DNA of 58,507 bases. Origin: an uncultured Candidatus Saccharibacteria bacterium. Lineage in GTDB: Bacteria; Patescibacteriota; Saccharimonadia; Saccharimonadales; Saccharimonadaceae. Positions within the stretch are counted from its first letter, which is position 1, and each line of letters opens with the position of its first letter. Below are positions 48,057 to 56,824 of this stretch, one piece after another. The stretch covers positions 1 through 58,507 of the forward strand of contig CBDERS010000043.1 in assembly GCA_965242265.1 (NCBI GenBank), written 5' to 3'. The notes under the pieces were generated by a model. The model saw only the letters and a list, made by a program, of their open reading frames with translations, was not told the origin of the DNA and searched no databases. The position numbers and the translations under genes were made by a program.

Positions 48057-50941
48057 TAACGTCTCCTATCCCATCTAGCATCAGGGCTAGGCGCTGATCT
48101 ATCTGCTGTTGTTCCATGTGGTGTATTACTATTGGTTCTATTTCGTCTGGGGGTATATCCACCCATACTCCCCGCACCGTTTAGAAATCTTGCTCTGGTT
48201 TGTCGATCAATATTAGATCCGGCTGAATCTAAGTTAAACCTAGTTGTTGTGGCTTGACTGGCGTTATTGCGCAACAAGGTATTCTCTCGTAATACCTCTA
48301 TAGAGGTATTACTCATCTTAGATCTCATGTCTTCATTATTAAGTACAGCACTTGATTGAGCGGCGAGGTTTTGTCTAGCGTTTTCGACGGCCGCTGCACC
48401 TGCTCCGCGAGCCACTGCATGATTAAGTGTGTCTTGGATATGCTCCATATCGCCAGCGCTGGTACTAGAGACCGCTGAAGCTGACATTCCAGAAACGTAG
48501 TTAGATATAGCGTTGGAATAGTTGGCGTCGAAGTCATTATTTGACCAGCCGGTATCTGCCCAGTTGTTGAGAGTGGCGGCACTAACTCCTGATTTACCGT
48601 TCTCAATCATGGCATCAGCGTAAGAGCGACGTAGCTCATTTGCCTCTCGCTCTCGACCATGCTCTTGTAGCCAGTTAGCCCGAGCGTTGACTGATTGCAT
48701 CGACTGTTGAGCTTGTTCCATGGTGGCATTAGGCGCCTGCTTAGCGATAATGGCTCGCATGGTATGGGTGTCGGTGATCTGGTTGCCATCGACTGTGCCA
48801 TTCAGGAATGCTTCTTGTAACTGACCACTATTCATCCTGGATATCTTATCATTAGCATTCTCCATAGCTTGTTTATCCAGTTCATTGTATTGTTTATCAG
48901 CTGCCGAAATAGCTTTATTTACTCCATCCGAACGAAGTACGCCACCAATCAACGGTGTATCACCAAAGCGATTCTGGGCGGCCTGGAGGGCATTAGGCAT
49001 GATATTACTAGCATGTCGCATTGGACGACTCTTTGATACTGCACCGTGGATACCTGTAGCGGCGCTATTAGCTAGCTTACTGCCTGCTATGGCGGCAGTT
49101 GCCTTACCCATGACATCCCCCGACATCTTAAATAGTGGAACGATAGCTACAGCTGGCGCTATGGTACATATTAGGCTGGTGATGAAACCGATAATAGGGT
49201 TCTGTGTACTAGCGGTAACACTAGCAATTAATTTACTACCACCCCATACTGCCATAAACATAGGGTACACTAGAAGCATTTTAATGAAAGCGTCTCGCCA
49301 TTTTACATGCCATTTATTCATAGCAGCGCTAGGGAATAAGTATAGAGCGATAGCTATGGGTGAGATGATTACCATCATAGTTAGAGCTACTCCTCTGAAT
49401 ATTAAGGCTAGAATGATAACTATTAAGGCTAATACAGCTGGTGGTCCGATAGAGACGAAGAGTATAACCCCAGCCACAACGCCAGCTATTCCACCTGCTA
49501 CTCCTGTGGCTACGTTAGAAACAACAGTACCTATCTTTTCACCAAGTCCCAAACCTTCGCCACCAGGACTTGTGCTAATGAGTAGTGCCATTACACCTCG
49601 CCCAGCGATATTACATAGATCAACTATGGCAGCACAAACATAAAATGAGATATTAATAACTATAGCCAGGATGACTATCCGAGGTAACATCTTTTTAACA
49701 TCGTAGTTGCTGAGTCCGTCTGAAGTAGCTGTGGAATAGATAATGATTAGGAAGGCTATGACTAGGATGATATTAGCTATGCTAAGAAATTTTTCCCAGT
49801 AAGACTTTATTTGACTACCGCTAGTCTCGAGTAATCTCCAGTCGAGAATATTTTCTATGATTCCGTATAGAAAGTCGATGATAAGATTCAATAAGTTCTG
49901 ACCGGGACAAAGCAAGAAGCCAAAGCCAAAGAAACCGGCGTTACACTTATCTTTCTCGTCATCCCCTTCACTACCATCGCCACTGTCTGCATTCTGATCT
50001 TGTGCTTTGTCGCCGGTTTTTTCCACGTTAGCGTTAATAGCATTAACATATGCGGGAAAAGTCTTTTTCATTCCGTTATAGAGTGAATCACACGTCTCAC
50101 CCTTACTATCCTTTTGTGCTTTTGAAACGAACGGCGCTCCTCTATGCTCATCTAGAGGTCCGCCAGTATTTTTGTTGATATAGACCGTTCCTATATCATA
50201 CTTACCATCACTATTCGCTTTTAATGTACTACCCTGTTCAAATTTCCACGTTTCTTTATCGACGGGGTCTGCTGTAGAAGTGTAGAAGTCTCCACTTGAA
50301 CATCTCTTTGTGAATGCATCTTTATAGACCATAAATAGTGCAGCATCACTACTGATTGATTTCATTTTACTTAAGATTTTGTCTTTAATGAGAGATGCAA
50401 CGTCAGATAGCTTTAACGTCTTACTATTTTTCGAAGAAGCTAGTGTATTGAGCTCGTCTGCTATATTTATGTCAATACCTGCTGACTTAGCAGCCGACTG
50501 AATACTATCGTTAGTACACGTATTTTCTTTATTATCGCCGTCAATATAGTTTACCGTAGCTGCACTTACACGGTTAGGGCCATAGCCTGATGAGTTGGAA
50601 GAAGTGTGTACAAAAGATCCGATTGAATCAAAATGACTGATGTCATCCCCGCCATAGCTATTGAACTCATCGACGCATGCCTTAACCAGACTGTATGACT
50701 TATAGGTGTTAACAGCTGCTTCAATGTCTTTCTGACTCATCGCTTTTGAGCCGCCACTCTTTCCGTCAGGATTAACTGCTTTAGGCGCTGCTAAACTATT
50801 ATGGCTCAGTATAAACGTAAACGATATAGCCGTTATGAGGATAACCAGTAGTACGGTAAAATGTGATAGTCTACGATGTCCATTACTCATTTTAGAGACT
50901 AGCCCTATATTATTTTTCTTTTGTCTCCTCATCTCTCTCAT
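48056..50941 (-). CDS. large VirB6/TrbL-like T4SS membrane protein
   Basis: signal peptide, Cys-containing N-terminal domain, core W..F.SIAN...KKMLPR..I..I.INISF..C...VD..N, ISPIA......P.......W, long C-terminal tail. Confidence 0.8.
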   Translation of the reverse strand: MREMRRQKKNNIGLVSKMSNGHRRLSHFTVLLVILITAISFTFILSHNSLAAPKAVNPDGKSGGSKAMSQKDIEAAVNTYKSYSLVKACVDEFNSYGGDDISHFDSIGSFVHTSSNSSGYGPNRVSAATVNYIDGDNKENTCTNDSIQSAAKSAGIDINIADELNTLASSKNSKTLKLSDVASLIKDKILSKMKSISSDAALFMVYKDAFTKRCSSGDFYTSTADPVDKETWKFEQGSTLKANSDGKYDIGTVYINKNTGGPLDEHRGAPFVSKAQKDSKGETCDSLYNGMKKTFPAYVNAINANVEKTGDKAQDQNADSGDGSEGDDEKDKCNAGFFGFGFLLCPGQNLLNLIIDFLYGIIENILDWRLLETSGSQIKSYWEKFLSIANIILVIAFLIIIYSTATSDGLSNYDVKKMLPRIVILAIVINISFYVCAAIVDLCNIAGRGVMALLISTSPGGEGLGLGEKIGTVVSNVATGVAGGIAGVVAGVILFVSIGPPAVLALIVIILALIFRGVALTMMVIISPIAIALYLFPSAAMNKWHVKWRDAFIKMLLVYPMFMAVWGGSKLIASVTASTQNPIIGFITSLICTIAPAVAIVPLFKMSGDVMGKATAAIAGSKLANSAATGIHGAVSKSRPMRHASNIMPNALQAAQNRFGDTPLIGGVLRSDGVNKAISAADKQYNELDKQAMENANDKISRMNSGQLQEAFLNGTVDGNQITDTHTMRAIIAKQAPNATMEQAQQSMQSVNARANWLQEHGREREANELRRSYADAMIENGKSGVSAATLNNWADTGWSNNDFDANYSNAISNYVSGMSASAVSSTSAGDMEHIQDTLNHAVARGAGAAAVENARQNLAAQSSAVLNNEDMRSKMSNTSIEVLRENTLLRNNASQATTTRFNLDSAGSNIDRQTRARFLNGAGSMGGYTPRRNRTNSNTPHGTTADRSAPSPDARWDRRR

Positions 50942-50947
50942 GCTTAT

Positions 50948-50976
50948 AATCTATAAAAAAATCTGGGTAAAGTCAA
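50948..50976 (-). promoter_or_regulatory. promoter of the VirB6-like gene
   Basis: TTGACT-17 nt-TAGATT, 6 nt before ATG 50941. Confidence 0.6.
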
Positions 50977-51193
50977 TTTTATCAAGCCTCTTACTTGAAA
51001 GTGAATGTTTATAACGAAAACAGATGCCATATTTTGGGACATCCTTGCTTAATTAGCTTTTAACGAAAGCTAACCTAAAAAGTAATGAAACACAAACATG
51101 ACATCCATTAATCGTCTTAATATGCAACCAAGACTAAGACTATACTAAAAATATGAGACCTATGCTTATCTGGTGATATTCTCGGATAATCTA

Positions 51194-52525
51194 TTATGGT
51201 TTTTGCTTCTTGTGCTTGATGGTGTTCATAGTGCTTTGATTTATACGTAACGTATCACTAAACCTACCGAGCCTGTCTTCAGTCTTGAATATTACATCAT
51301 AATTATCTTTGATAATCTGAATTAATTCTTTCTCAGTTGGCAAATGGTCACATACTATTTTGCCACTATAAAAGCGACCGCCTCCATTATCTTTACTATT
51401 CTCGTCACCACTGAACAGGCCGGGGATATCTATTACATATTGACCACCGAATTCTTCTGATTCAAAGTTATCGTAGTTTGGGTTAGAAATGGTGATTTGC
51501 AAGACACCATCAACGATATTAGGGTCAACTTTAGCTAGTTCCTCGTAGTGATATCGTCCTGTATGAGATATTCTATAACCTGTATCGTTTTGCGCAACAT
51601 TAACTTTCTTAAATACAGTATTATTGTATCCACCGTACTTTTTAATCATATCCACTAAAGCATTGCGACCATGGTAATCTTCTTCCCGGGCAAATACATC
51701 GCCAATTGACTCGAATTTAGTGCCGGTTGGATTTTTCTCATTTCGTTTAGCTATGAGCTCTATTAGGTCATTCATTGAAGCTTCTTTGCGTTCGTCGACA
51801 GTATCATCACTGGTGTACTTAACTTGCGAGGTATATTCTCCGCATGAGACGTAATCATTAATATTGTAGGAATCATATTCATAGAGTGTGTAACTAATCT
51901 TGCCGTCATGTTCGCTGTCAGCAGTCTCGACGTTCATATTCGGGTCAGTTTTCTTGGTTTCTTCTGTTGCAGTAGAGTGATTGGTCGTTGTAGCTGTGTT
52001 CTGAGAATTATTAGTCTGAGTGCTACTAATTGAGTTAGCTGGATAATAGTTACTGCTGACATTATTTTTAGCATCCTTACTACAGGCTCCACTGAGTAAG
52101 CTGATAGCTAGTACTGCTGAAACTACCCCACCGATAATTTTCTTCTTAGTTGAGCTATCTAGACTGTTGAACTTATCAGCTACATCTTTAGCATTCTCTT
52201 TGACTGAGTTAGCGACTTCGCCGGCTTTGTCGGTCGCTTCACTCATACCATTTCTGAAGTTATTGGCAAATTTTTCTTTGTCGGAATTCTTGACTGCTCT
52301 AGCAGCTTCTATGCCTAAGTCTAAGAAGCTAGTAGTACCGATCTTCTTGGCTATCTTAGCTGCATGGATTAATTTCTCTTTCGTCGAAGTCTGATCCGGC
52401 TGTATGGAGTTAGCCCCATCTTGGTCGTATGATATATACTTTGGCATAGCTTGATTGTCTGTTGATATACTTGATGACAGATCTGAATGCTTGGCAGTAT
52501 TGGACGATGCGTTAAATTCACCCAT
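51194..52525 (-). CDS. hypothetical membrane/surface protein
   Basis: TAAGGAGAGG SD; internal KKKIIGGVVSAVLAISLLSGAC segment, S/T/N linker; AT-rich DNA. Confidence 0.85.
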   Translation of the reverse strand: MGEFNASSNTAKHSDLSSSISTDNQAMPKYISYDQDGANSIQPDQTSTKEKLIHAAKIAKKIGTTSFLDLGIEAARAVKNSDKEKFANNFRNGMSEATDKAGEVANSVKENAKDVADKFNSLDSSTKKKIIGGVVSAVLAISLLSGACSKDAKNNVSSNYYPANSISSTQTNNSQNTATTTNHSTATEETKKTDPNMNVETADSEHDGKISYTLYEYDSYNINDYVSCGEYTSQVKYTSDDTVDERKEASMNDLIELIAKRNEKNPTGTKFESIGDVFAREEDYHGRNALVDMIKKYGGYNNTVFKKVNVAQNDTGYRISHTGRYHYEELAKVDPNIVDGVLQITISNPNYDNFESEEFGGQYVIDIPGLFSGDENSKDNGGGRFYSGKIVCDHLPTEKELIQIIKDNYDVIFKTEDRLGRFSDTLRINQSTMNTIKHKKQKP

Positions 52526-52560
52526 TTACGATATTTCCTCTCCTTATTGTTCCTAAGAAC

Positions 52561-52682
52561 AAAAACAACTAGTAGGTTTCCTACTAGCTGCCATACACTA
52601 ATCTTCTTCGGGGACTAACTATCGGATTAGCCTCCTAACCACCTCATAATAAATCTATTAATGGCTAAGATTACTGTACAAT
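52561..52682 (-). ncRNA. candidate structured RNA (leader/attenuator or sRNA) ending in an intrinsic terminator
   Basis: promoter-like TTCATC-17-TATACT; three nested stems with strand-specific G-U pairs; CAGCTAGTAGG-AAA-CCTACTAGTTG-TTTTT terminator. Confidence 0.5.
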
Positions 52683-52797
52683 ACCATTAGTATATTAGCA
52701 AGCTTGAGCGAGATGAAGTGCTAGCGATAGTTTATCTCTTTATCCCGCATCTCCCCCTACATTTGACATTATCGACGTATATTATATGATTACTAGT

Positions 52798-53631
52798 ATG
52801 ATGAGTCAAAAAACAAAAGATGATAGAGCTGGAAAAATATTAAGAAAGTCGTATTGGTCGTCGTCTCGTTATCTGCTTTTCTTTGGAGTGTTTTTGGTTG
52901 CATTAGTCATGGCGACGATGGTTAGCCAGGTTAGTTATTCAAAATCGGATCCAGGTGGTGGGGCGAATAAACCTGGGTATACTGAAGCACAATATTGCAA
53001 GGAATTGAAGGCGCTTGGTAAGGAGTCCATTATATGCAAGAGTCAGTTTGAGCAGGATAAAGCTAAGGCCAGTGACCCCGTTAGTTATAATCAAGCTAAA
53101 CAGGACTACCAGAGAGCTAAAGAAGTATATGAAAAAGGACAACAGGCTGGTAGCAATAATAACCAAAACCAAGGTAATAAGGACGGCAACAAGAATCAAG
53201 ACGGGGGTAAAGACCAGAATAATAAAAGTCAAGAACCGGAACACAAGGATGATGGCGATGGAAGTAATAAAAAGAAGGATAGTAATAAGAGCGGCGACAA
53301 TGGATCAACTGGCGGTGGAGGAGCTAGTAGTTCGCCACACCAGTGTGGCAACGCTGGTACCTTCTTCGATTGGGGCTGTAGTGGCGTAGATGATAGTAAG
53401 ATTATCGTAACGACGTTGATCACTATCTCTAACTGGATAGCATTAGGCGCCGTCGTAATAGTGACCTTTGGTATTATCTATGGGGCAATTATATATGCTA
53501 CATCAGCAGGTGATGCTACTAAAGCGAAGAAGGGTATAAGTATCATAAGAAACGCCATCATCGCTCTAATGCTATATCTGTTGATGTGGGCGATCTTGCA
53601 GTATGTCGTACCGGGAGGATTGTTCGGCTAA
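52798..53631 (+). CDS. VirB2/TrbC-like pilin 1, with large N-terminal low-complexity extension
   Basis: C-terminal IIYGAIIYATSAGD..KAKKG...I.NAIIAL hairpin; TTGACA-16-TATGAT promoter upstream. Confidence 0.8.
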   Translation: MMSQKTKDDRAGKILRKSYWSSSRYLLFFGVFLVALVMATMVSQVSYSKSDPGGGANKPGYTEAQYCKELKALGKESIICKSQFEQDKAKASDPVSYNQAKQDYQRAKEVYEKGQQAGSNNNQNQGNKDGNKNQDGGKDQNNKSQEPEHKDDGDGSNKKKDSNKSGDNGSTGGGGASSSPHQCGNAGTFFDWGCSGVDDSKIIVTTLITISNWIALGAVVIVTFGIIYGAIIYATSAGDATKAKKGISIIRNAIIALMLYLLMWAILQYVVPGGLFG

Positions 53632-54047
53632 TGATTAGTAAGTTATGTAGAGGTATCGTTATCTTAGCGCTAGTGGCCACCAGCGTAAGTATATTTCTAC
53701 CGGCTGATGAGGTTTATGCCTCCTGTGCTGATAGTGTGATGGGCTTTCCTACCTGGTATCGAGGTCTTGATTGCGATAACGGTCATGTTAATCTAGACAA
53801 TAAGAACCTTGGTGAAGTGGCGATGATTGTTGGGTTAAATGTCATTGATGTAGCTCTGAGAGTTGTCGGCATAGTAGCTACAGCTATGATCATCTATAGT
53901 GGCTATTTGTTTATGATGGCGACCGGCGAAGGTGCTCCTACGAAGGTGGCCAAAGCCCGTACTACTCTAGTGGCTGCTATCGCCGGGCTGGTTATAGCAG
54001 TATCAGCGGCATTTATTATAGCGTTTATAGTAGATAGGGTGAAATAA
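53631..54047 (+). CDS. VirB2/TrbC-like pilin 2
   Basis: signal ending VYA, C...GFPTWYRGLDC, MIIYSGY.FM...G.....KAR.T...AIAGL; TAATG coupling. Confidence 0.82.
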   Translation: MISKLCRGIVILALVATSVSIFLPADEVYASCADSVMGFPTWYRGLDCDNGHVNLDNKNLGEVAMIVGLNVIDVALRVVGIVATAMIIYSGYLFMMATGEGAPTKVAKARTTLVAAIAGLVIAVSAAFIIAFIVDRVK

Positions 54048-54346
54048 TGATCAATGGTATATTGCTAGCGGCAAAGGTAAAAAATGCGCCTGGTAATGGT
54101 GAGATCAACCTGCCTCAAATCAAACCGGAAAAAGTGGTTACCGGTGGCTTTAATACGGCTTTCTTTATTGCTGGAGCTTTAGCGGTGATCATGATCATAG
54201 TAGCAGGTATTATGTATATGACGGCCGGTGGTGATGCTAAGAAAGCTGCGCTTGCAGCTAAGTCAATCATGGTTACTATTATCGGTCTGATCGTTATAGT
54301 GCTAGCCTATGCTATAGTTAATTTTGTAATCGGGAATATTGGCTAA
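54047..54346 (+). CDS. VirB2/TrbC-like pilin 3
   Basis: AGALAVIMIIVAGIMYMTAGGD, IIGLIVIVLAYAIVNF; TAATG coupling. Confidence 0.85.
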   Translation: MINGILLAAKVKNAPGNGEINLPQIKPEKVVTGGFNTAFFIAGALAVIMIIVAGIMYMTAGGDAKKAALAAKSIMVTIIGLIVIVLAYAIVNFVIGNIG

Positions 54347-54759
54347 TGATGCGAGTTTTAATTCTTAGATTTAGACAGGTGTTTGCTGGCGGTAGGTTAC
54401 TGTTATTCTTACTTGCCTCTCTGGTAATCATTGCTCGGCCAGCTCTTGCAGATTGTGCTACCAATCCTACAGAAGCCGGCTGCCCCTGTGCTCTCAATAG
54501 CTCTAGTGCGATTTGTAAAGATCTGGAAAACAAAGATGGTCTATCTAACACGATCAAGAATGCTACTAATATCGTGCTTTTCGTCGCCGGGGCTCTAGCG
54601 GTGATCATGATCATCTATGGCGCAATCCGTTTTATGACGGCACATGGTAATGAGAAACAGGTCGAGAGTGCCCGCTTGATCGTCACTTATTCGGTCATCG
54701 GACTGATCATCGCTATCCTCGCCTACGCTCTGGTTAATTTCGTGCTGAGTAATCTGTAA
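54346..54759 (+). CDS. VirB2/TrbC-like pilin 4
   Basis: signal ending ALA, four Cys, LAVIMIIYGAIRFMTAHG, GLIIAILAYALVNF. Confidence 0.85.
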   Translation: MMRVLILRFRQVFAGGRLLLFLLASLVIIARPALADCATNPTEAGCPCALNSSSAICKDLENKDGLSNTIKNATNIVLFVAGALAVIMIIYGAIRFMTAHGNEKQVESARLIVTYSVIGLIIAILAYALVNFVLSNL

Positions 54760-55016
54760 AAGATAAGGAGGAAGATGAAGCAGATAAGCAAAGCTAAAGT
54801 ACTGGCGGCGGTGATGTGCCTAGCCATGGTATTTACCGCAGCATCACTGGTCAGTCTGCCGGTATATGCTGACTCTAGAGATGAGGCGCAGAACGGCGCC
54901 AAGTTGGTTGATGGTGGCAGTGGCTCAAATCAGAACCTGCCGGACATTATCACCACTATCATCAATGTGATGCTCTTCATCGCTGCAGCTCTAGCGGTGA
55001 TCATGATCATCTATGG
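54592..55016 (+). repeat. identical 29-bp direct repeat in pilins 4 and 5 (54592-54620 and 54988-55016)
   Basis: GCTCTAGCGGTGATCATGATCATCTATGG; a 19-bp core is also at 54180-54198. Confidence 0.9.
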
Positions 55017-55158
55017 TGGCATCCGCTATATTACCGCCCACGGTGATGAGAAGCAGGTTAAAGTCGCCAAAGATACCATCGTCTACTCGGTAGCGGGCTT
55101 GATCATCGCTATCCTTGCCTACGCTCTGGTCACCTTTATCTTTGATAGGTTTAAGTAG
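54775..55158 (+). CDS. VirB2/TrbC-like pilin 5
   Basis: TAAGGAGG SD, signal ending VYA, LAVIMIIYGGIRYITAHGD. Confidence 0.85.
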   Translation: MKQISKAKVLAAVMCLAMVFTAASLVSLPVYADSRDEAQNGAKLVDGGSGSNQNLPDIITTIINVMLFIAAALAVIMIIYGGIRYITAHGDEKQVKVAKDTIVYSVAGLIIAILAYALVTFIFDRFK

Positions 55159-55234
55159 TGGCGGTGATTGTAATTACAGACTGACTGTTCTATAATGATG
55201 GAAATAAAATGAAAAAATAGGAGGAAGGAAGATA

Positions 55235-55654
55235 ATGAAGAATATGTTTAAGAAGGTTATGGCGGGCTTCGTCGTAGTAGCGAGCATGGCACTGGTGATG
55301 ACCGGGTTGGGTGTCGTATCCAGCTTGCCTGCTCATGCAGCTTGTAAAGTTGATGATGGGATTGGCGGTGCCTTACAGGATGACTGTAGCCGAGGCAAGG
55401 GTCAAGCCAAGGAATTAGATGGCAATCAGGGTGTTATTACTACTATCATTAATACCATGCTCTTTATCGTCGGTTTACTGGCAGTGATTATGATCATCTA
55501 TGCCGGTATTAGGTTCGTGACCGCCCACGGTGATGAAAAGCAGGTTGAGAGTGCTCGCCAGACTATCCTCTACTCAGTCGTAGGTTTGATTGTTGCTATC
55601 CTAGCCTACGCTCTGGTCAACTGGGTCTTCACTCAGTTTAAGACAACAAATTAA
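55235..55654 (+). CDS. VirB2/TrbC-like pilin 6
   Basis: own TATAAT and AGGAGG SD, signal ending AHA, Cys pair, LAVIMIIYAGIRFVTAHGD. Confidence 0.85.
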   Translation: MKNMFKKVMAGFVVVASMALVMTGLGVVSSLPAHAACKVDDGIGGALQDDCSRGKGQAKELDGNQGVITTIINTMLFIVGLLAVIMIIYAGIRFVTAHGDEKQVESARQTILYSVVGLIVAILAYALVNWVFTQFKTTN

Positions 55655-55679
55655 GTTTAAGAGAGTGGGGAATTAAACT

Positions 55680-56120
55680 ATGTCGAGAAGCCTACCATCC
55701 AAGCCTGCTGCCGGGTTAGCTTTGGCCGGTGTACTGTCGATGGTGGGCTCTCTGACGGTATCGGCACTTTCCCTGACAGATGTCTTTTCCGGACCGTACC
55801 GGGGTGAGGGTCAGCCATCGAACCTATTTAATGGTCAGTCAGCTATCATACCGAGGATCATTAATCTGATGCTCTTCATCGTCGGTATCTTGTCTATCTT
55901 TATGATCATCTACGGCGGCATCCGCTATGTCTTGTCGGGTGGCGATAATGCTAAGGTGAAAGATGCTATGCATACTATCATGTACTCGATCGTCGGCTTG
56001 GTAGTGGCTATCCTTGGTTATGCGGTAGTCGGCTGGGTAGTCTCGGTGGTTGGGGCCGGCGGGGCTGCTAATGGCTCCTCGGCTACAGTGACGATGCTGA
56101 TCACTTCCCTATTAGCTTAG
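55680..56120 (+). CDS. VirB2/TrbC-like pilin 7
   Basis: INLMLFIVGILSIFMIIYGGIRYVLSGGD, YSIVGLVVAILGYA. Confidence 0.85.
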   Translation: MSRSLPSKPAAGLALAGVLSMVGSLTVSALSLTDVFSGPYRGEGQPSNLFNGQSAIIPRIINLMLFIVGILSIFMIIYGGIRYVLSGGDNAKVKDAMHTIMYSIVGLVVAILGYAVVGWVVSVVGAGGAANGSSATVTMLITSLLA

Positions 56121-56187
56121 CTTAAGGTTACGTCAGGGGATTGTATTACTAAAGAGTACCTGAACGAAAGAACAATAAAGATATTAA

Positions 56188-56212
56188 AAAGCGGTGATTA
56201 TCTCACCGCTTT
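56188..56212. terminator. bidirectional terminator between the pilin array and hsp20
   Basis: AAAGCGGTGA-TTATC-TCACCGCTTT with A/T runs on both sides. Confidence 0.8.
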
Positions 56213-56236
56213 ATTTCGTGTAGCTATGCTTAAAGG

Positions 56237-56716
56237 CTACTGGATCTGGATCTTACGAGCCTGCTCTTGCTTGACCTTATTAAAGGCGATGGTTAGCACA
56301 CCATCCTTCAGCACAGCCTTGACCTCGTCCTCTTTGACTGCCACAGGCAGAACCAGTGTTCGGCTAAACTCCCCCCAGTAGCACTCTTGGACATGCCAGT
56401 GGGTAGCATCGCTGTCATCACCACTACTCAGTGTGCCACTAATAGTCAGCACACCGTCAGCGATACTGACGTCCAGGTCGTTCTTATTTACGCCGGCCGT
56501 CCGAGCCTTAACTATCAGCTGCTCCGGTGTCTCATACACGTCTACCGCCAGCTGACCCGGTACTGAGTCGTATTCACCGTCTCGGCTATTACTCGCTACG
56601 GTCTGATTACCGTTACTAGAATTATCGGTGGGATCATCAGTGCTGAATAGTGCTTTAGCTAAATCGCCATCCAAGCCATCAATCAGCAGATCATCGCCTT
56701 GTTGTCCTCTCGCCAT
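56237..56716 (-). CDS. Hsp20/alpha-crystallin small heat-shock protein
   Basis: VDVYET, GVLTISG, ECYWGEFSRTLVLP, LKDGVLTI. Confidence 0.93.
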   Translation of the reverse strand: MARGQQGDDLLIDGLDGDLAKALFSTDDPTDNSSNGNQTVASNSRDGEYDSVPGQLAVDVYETPEQLIVKARTAGVNKNDLDVSIADGVLTISGTLSSGDDSDATHWHVQECYWGEFSRTLVLPVAVKEDEVKAVLKDGVLTIAFNKVKQEQARKIQIQ

Positions 56717-56824
56717 TCTCCTCCTTACATTCGCTTACATAATGTCAGCGTTTATGGCATAATTATAACTAAGTTACCACTGATTGACAACTACCGGAGT
56801 GCTGTTAGAAGTGTAAAAAAGACA

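Noticed and set aside
48885..49643. 252-aa plus-strand ORF and many other antisense ORFs
   Set aside because: Shadow frames of well-supported genes on the opposite strand
54180..55619. Diversity-generating retroelement or shufflon behind the pilin repeats
   Set aside because: No reverse transcriptase or invertase in the window, differences are not adenine-specific, and the repeats are direct and lie in the conserved part
38863..56120. Integrative conjugative element or prophage
   Set aside because: No integrase, relaxase, att repeats or phage genes; essential genes are interleaved
56774..56805. CIRCE upstream of hsp20
   Set aside because: Half-sites are degenerate and 14 nt apart instead of 9
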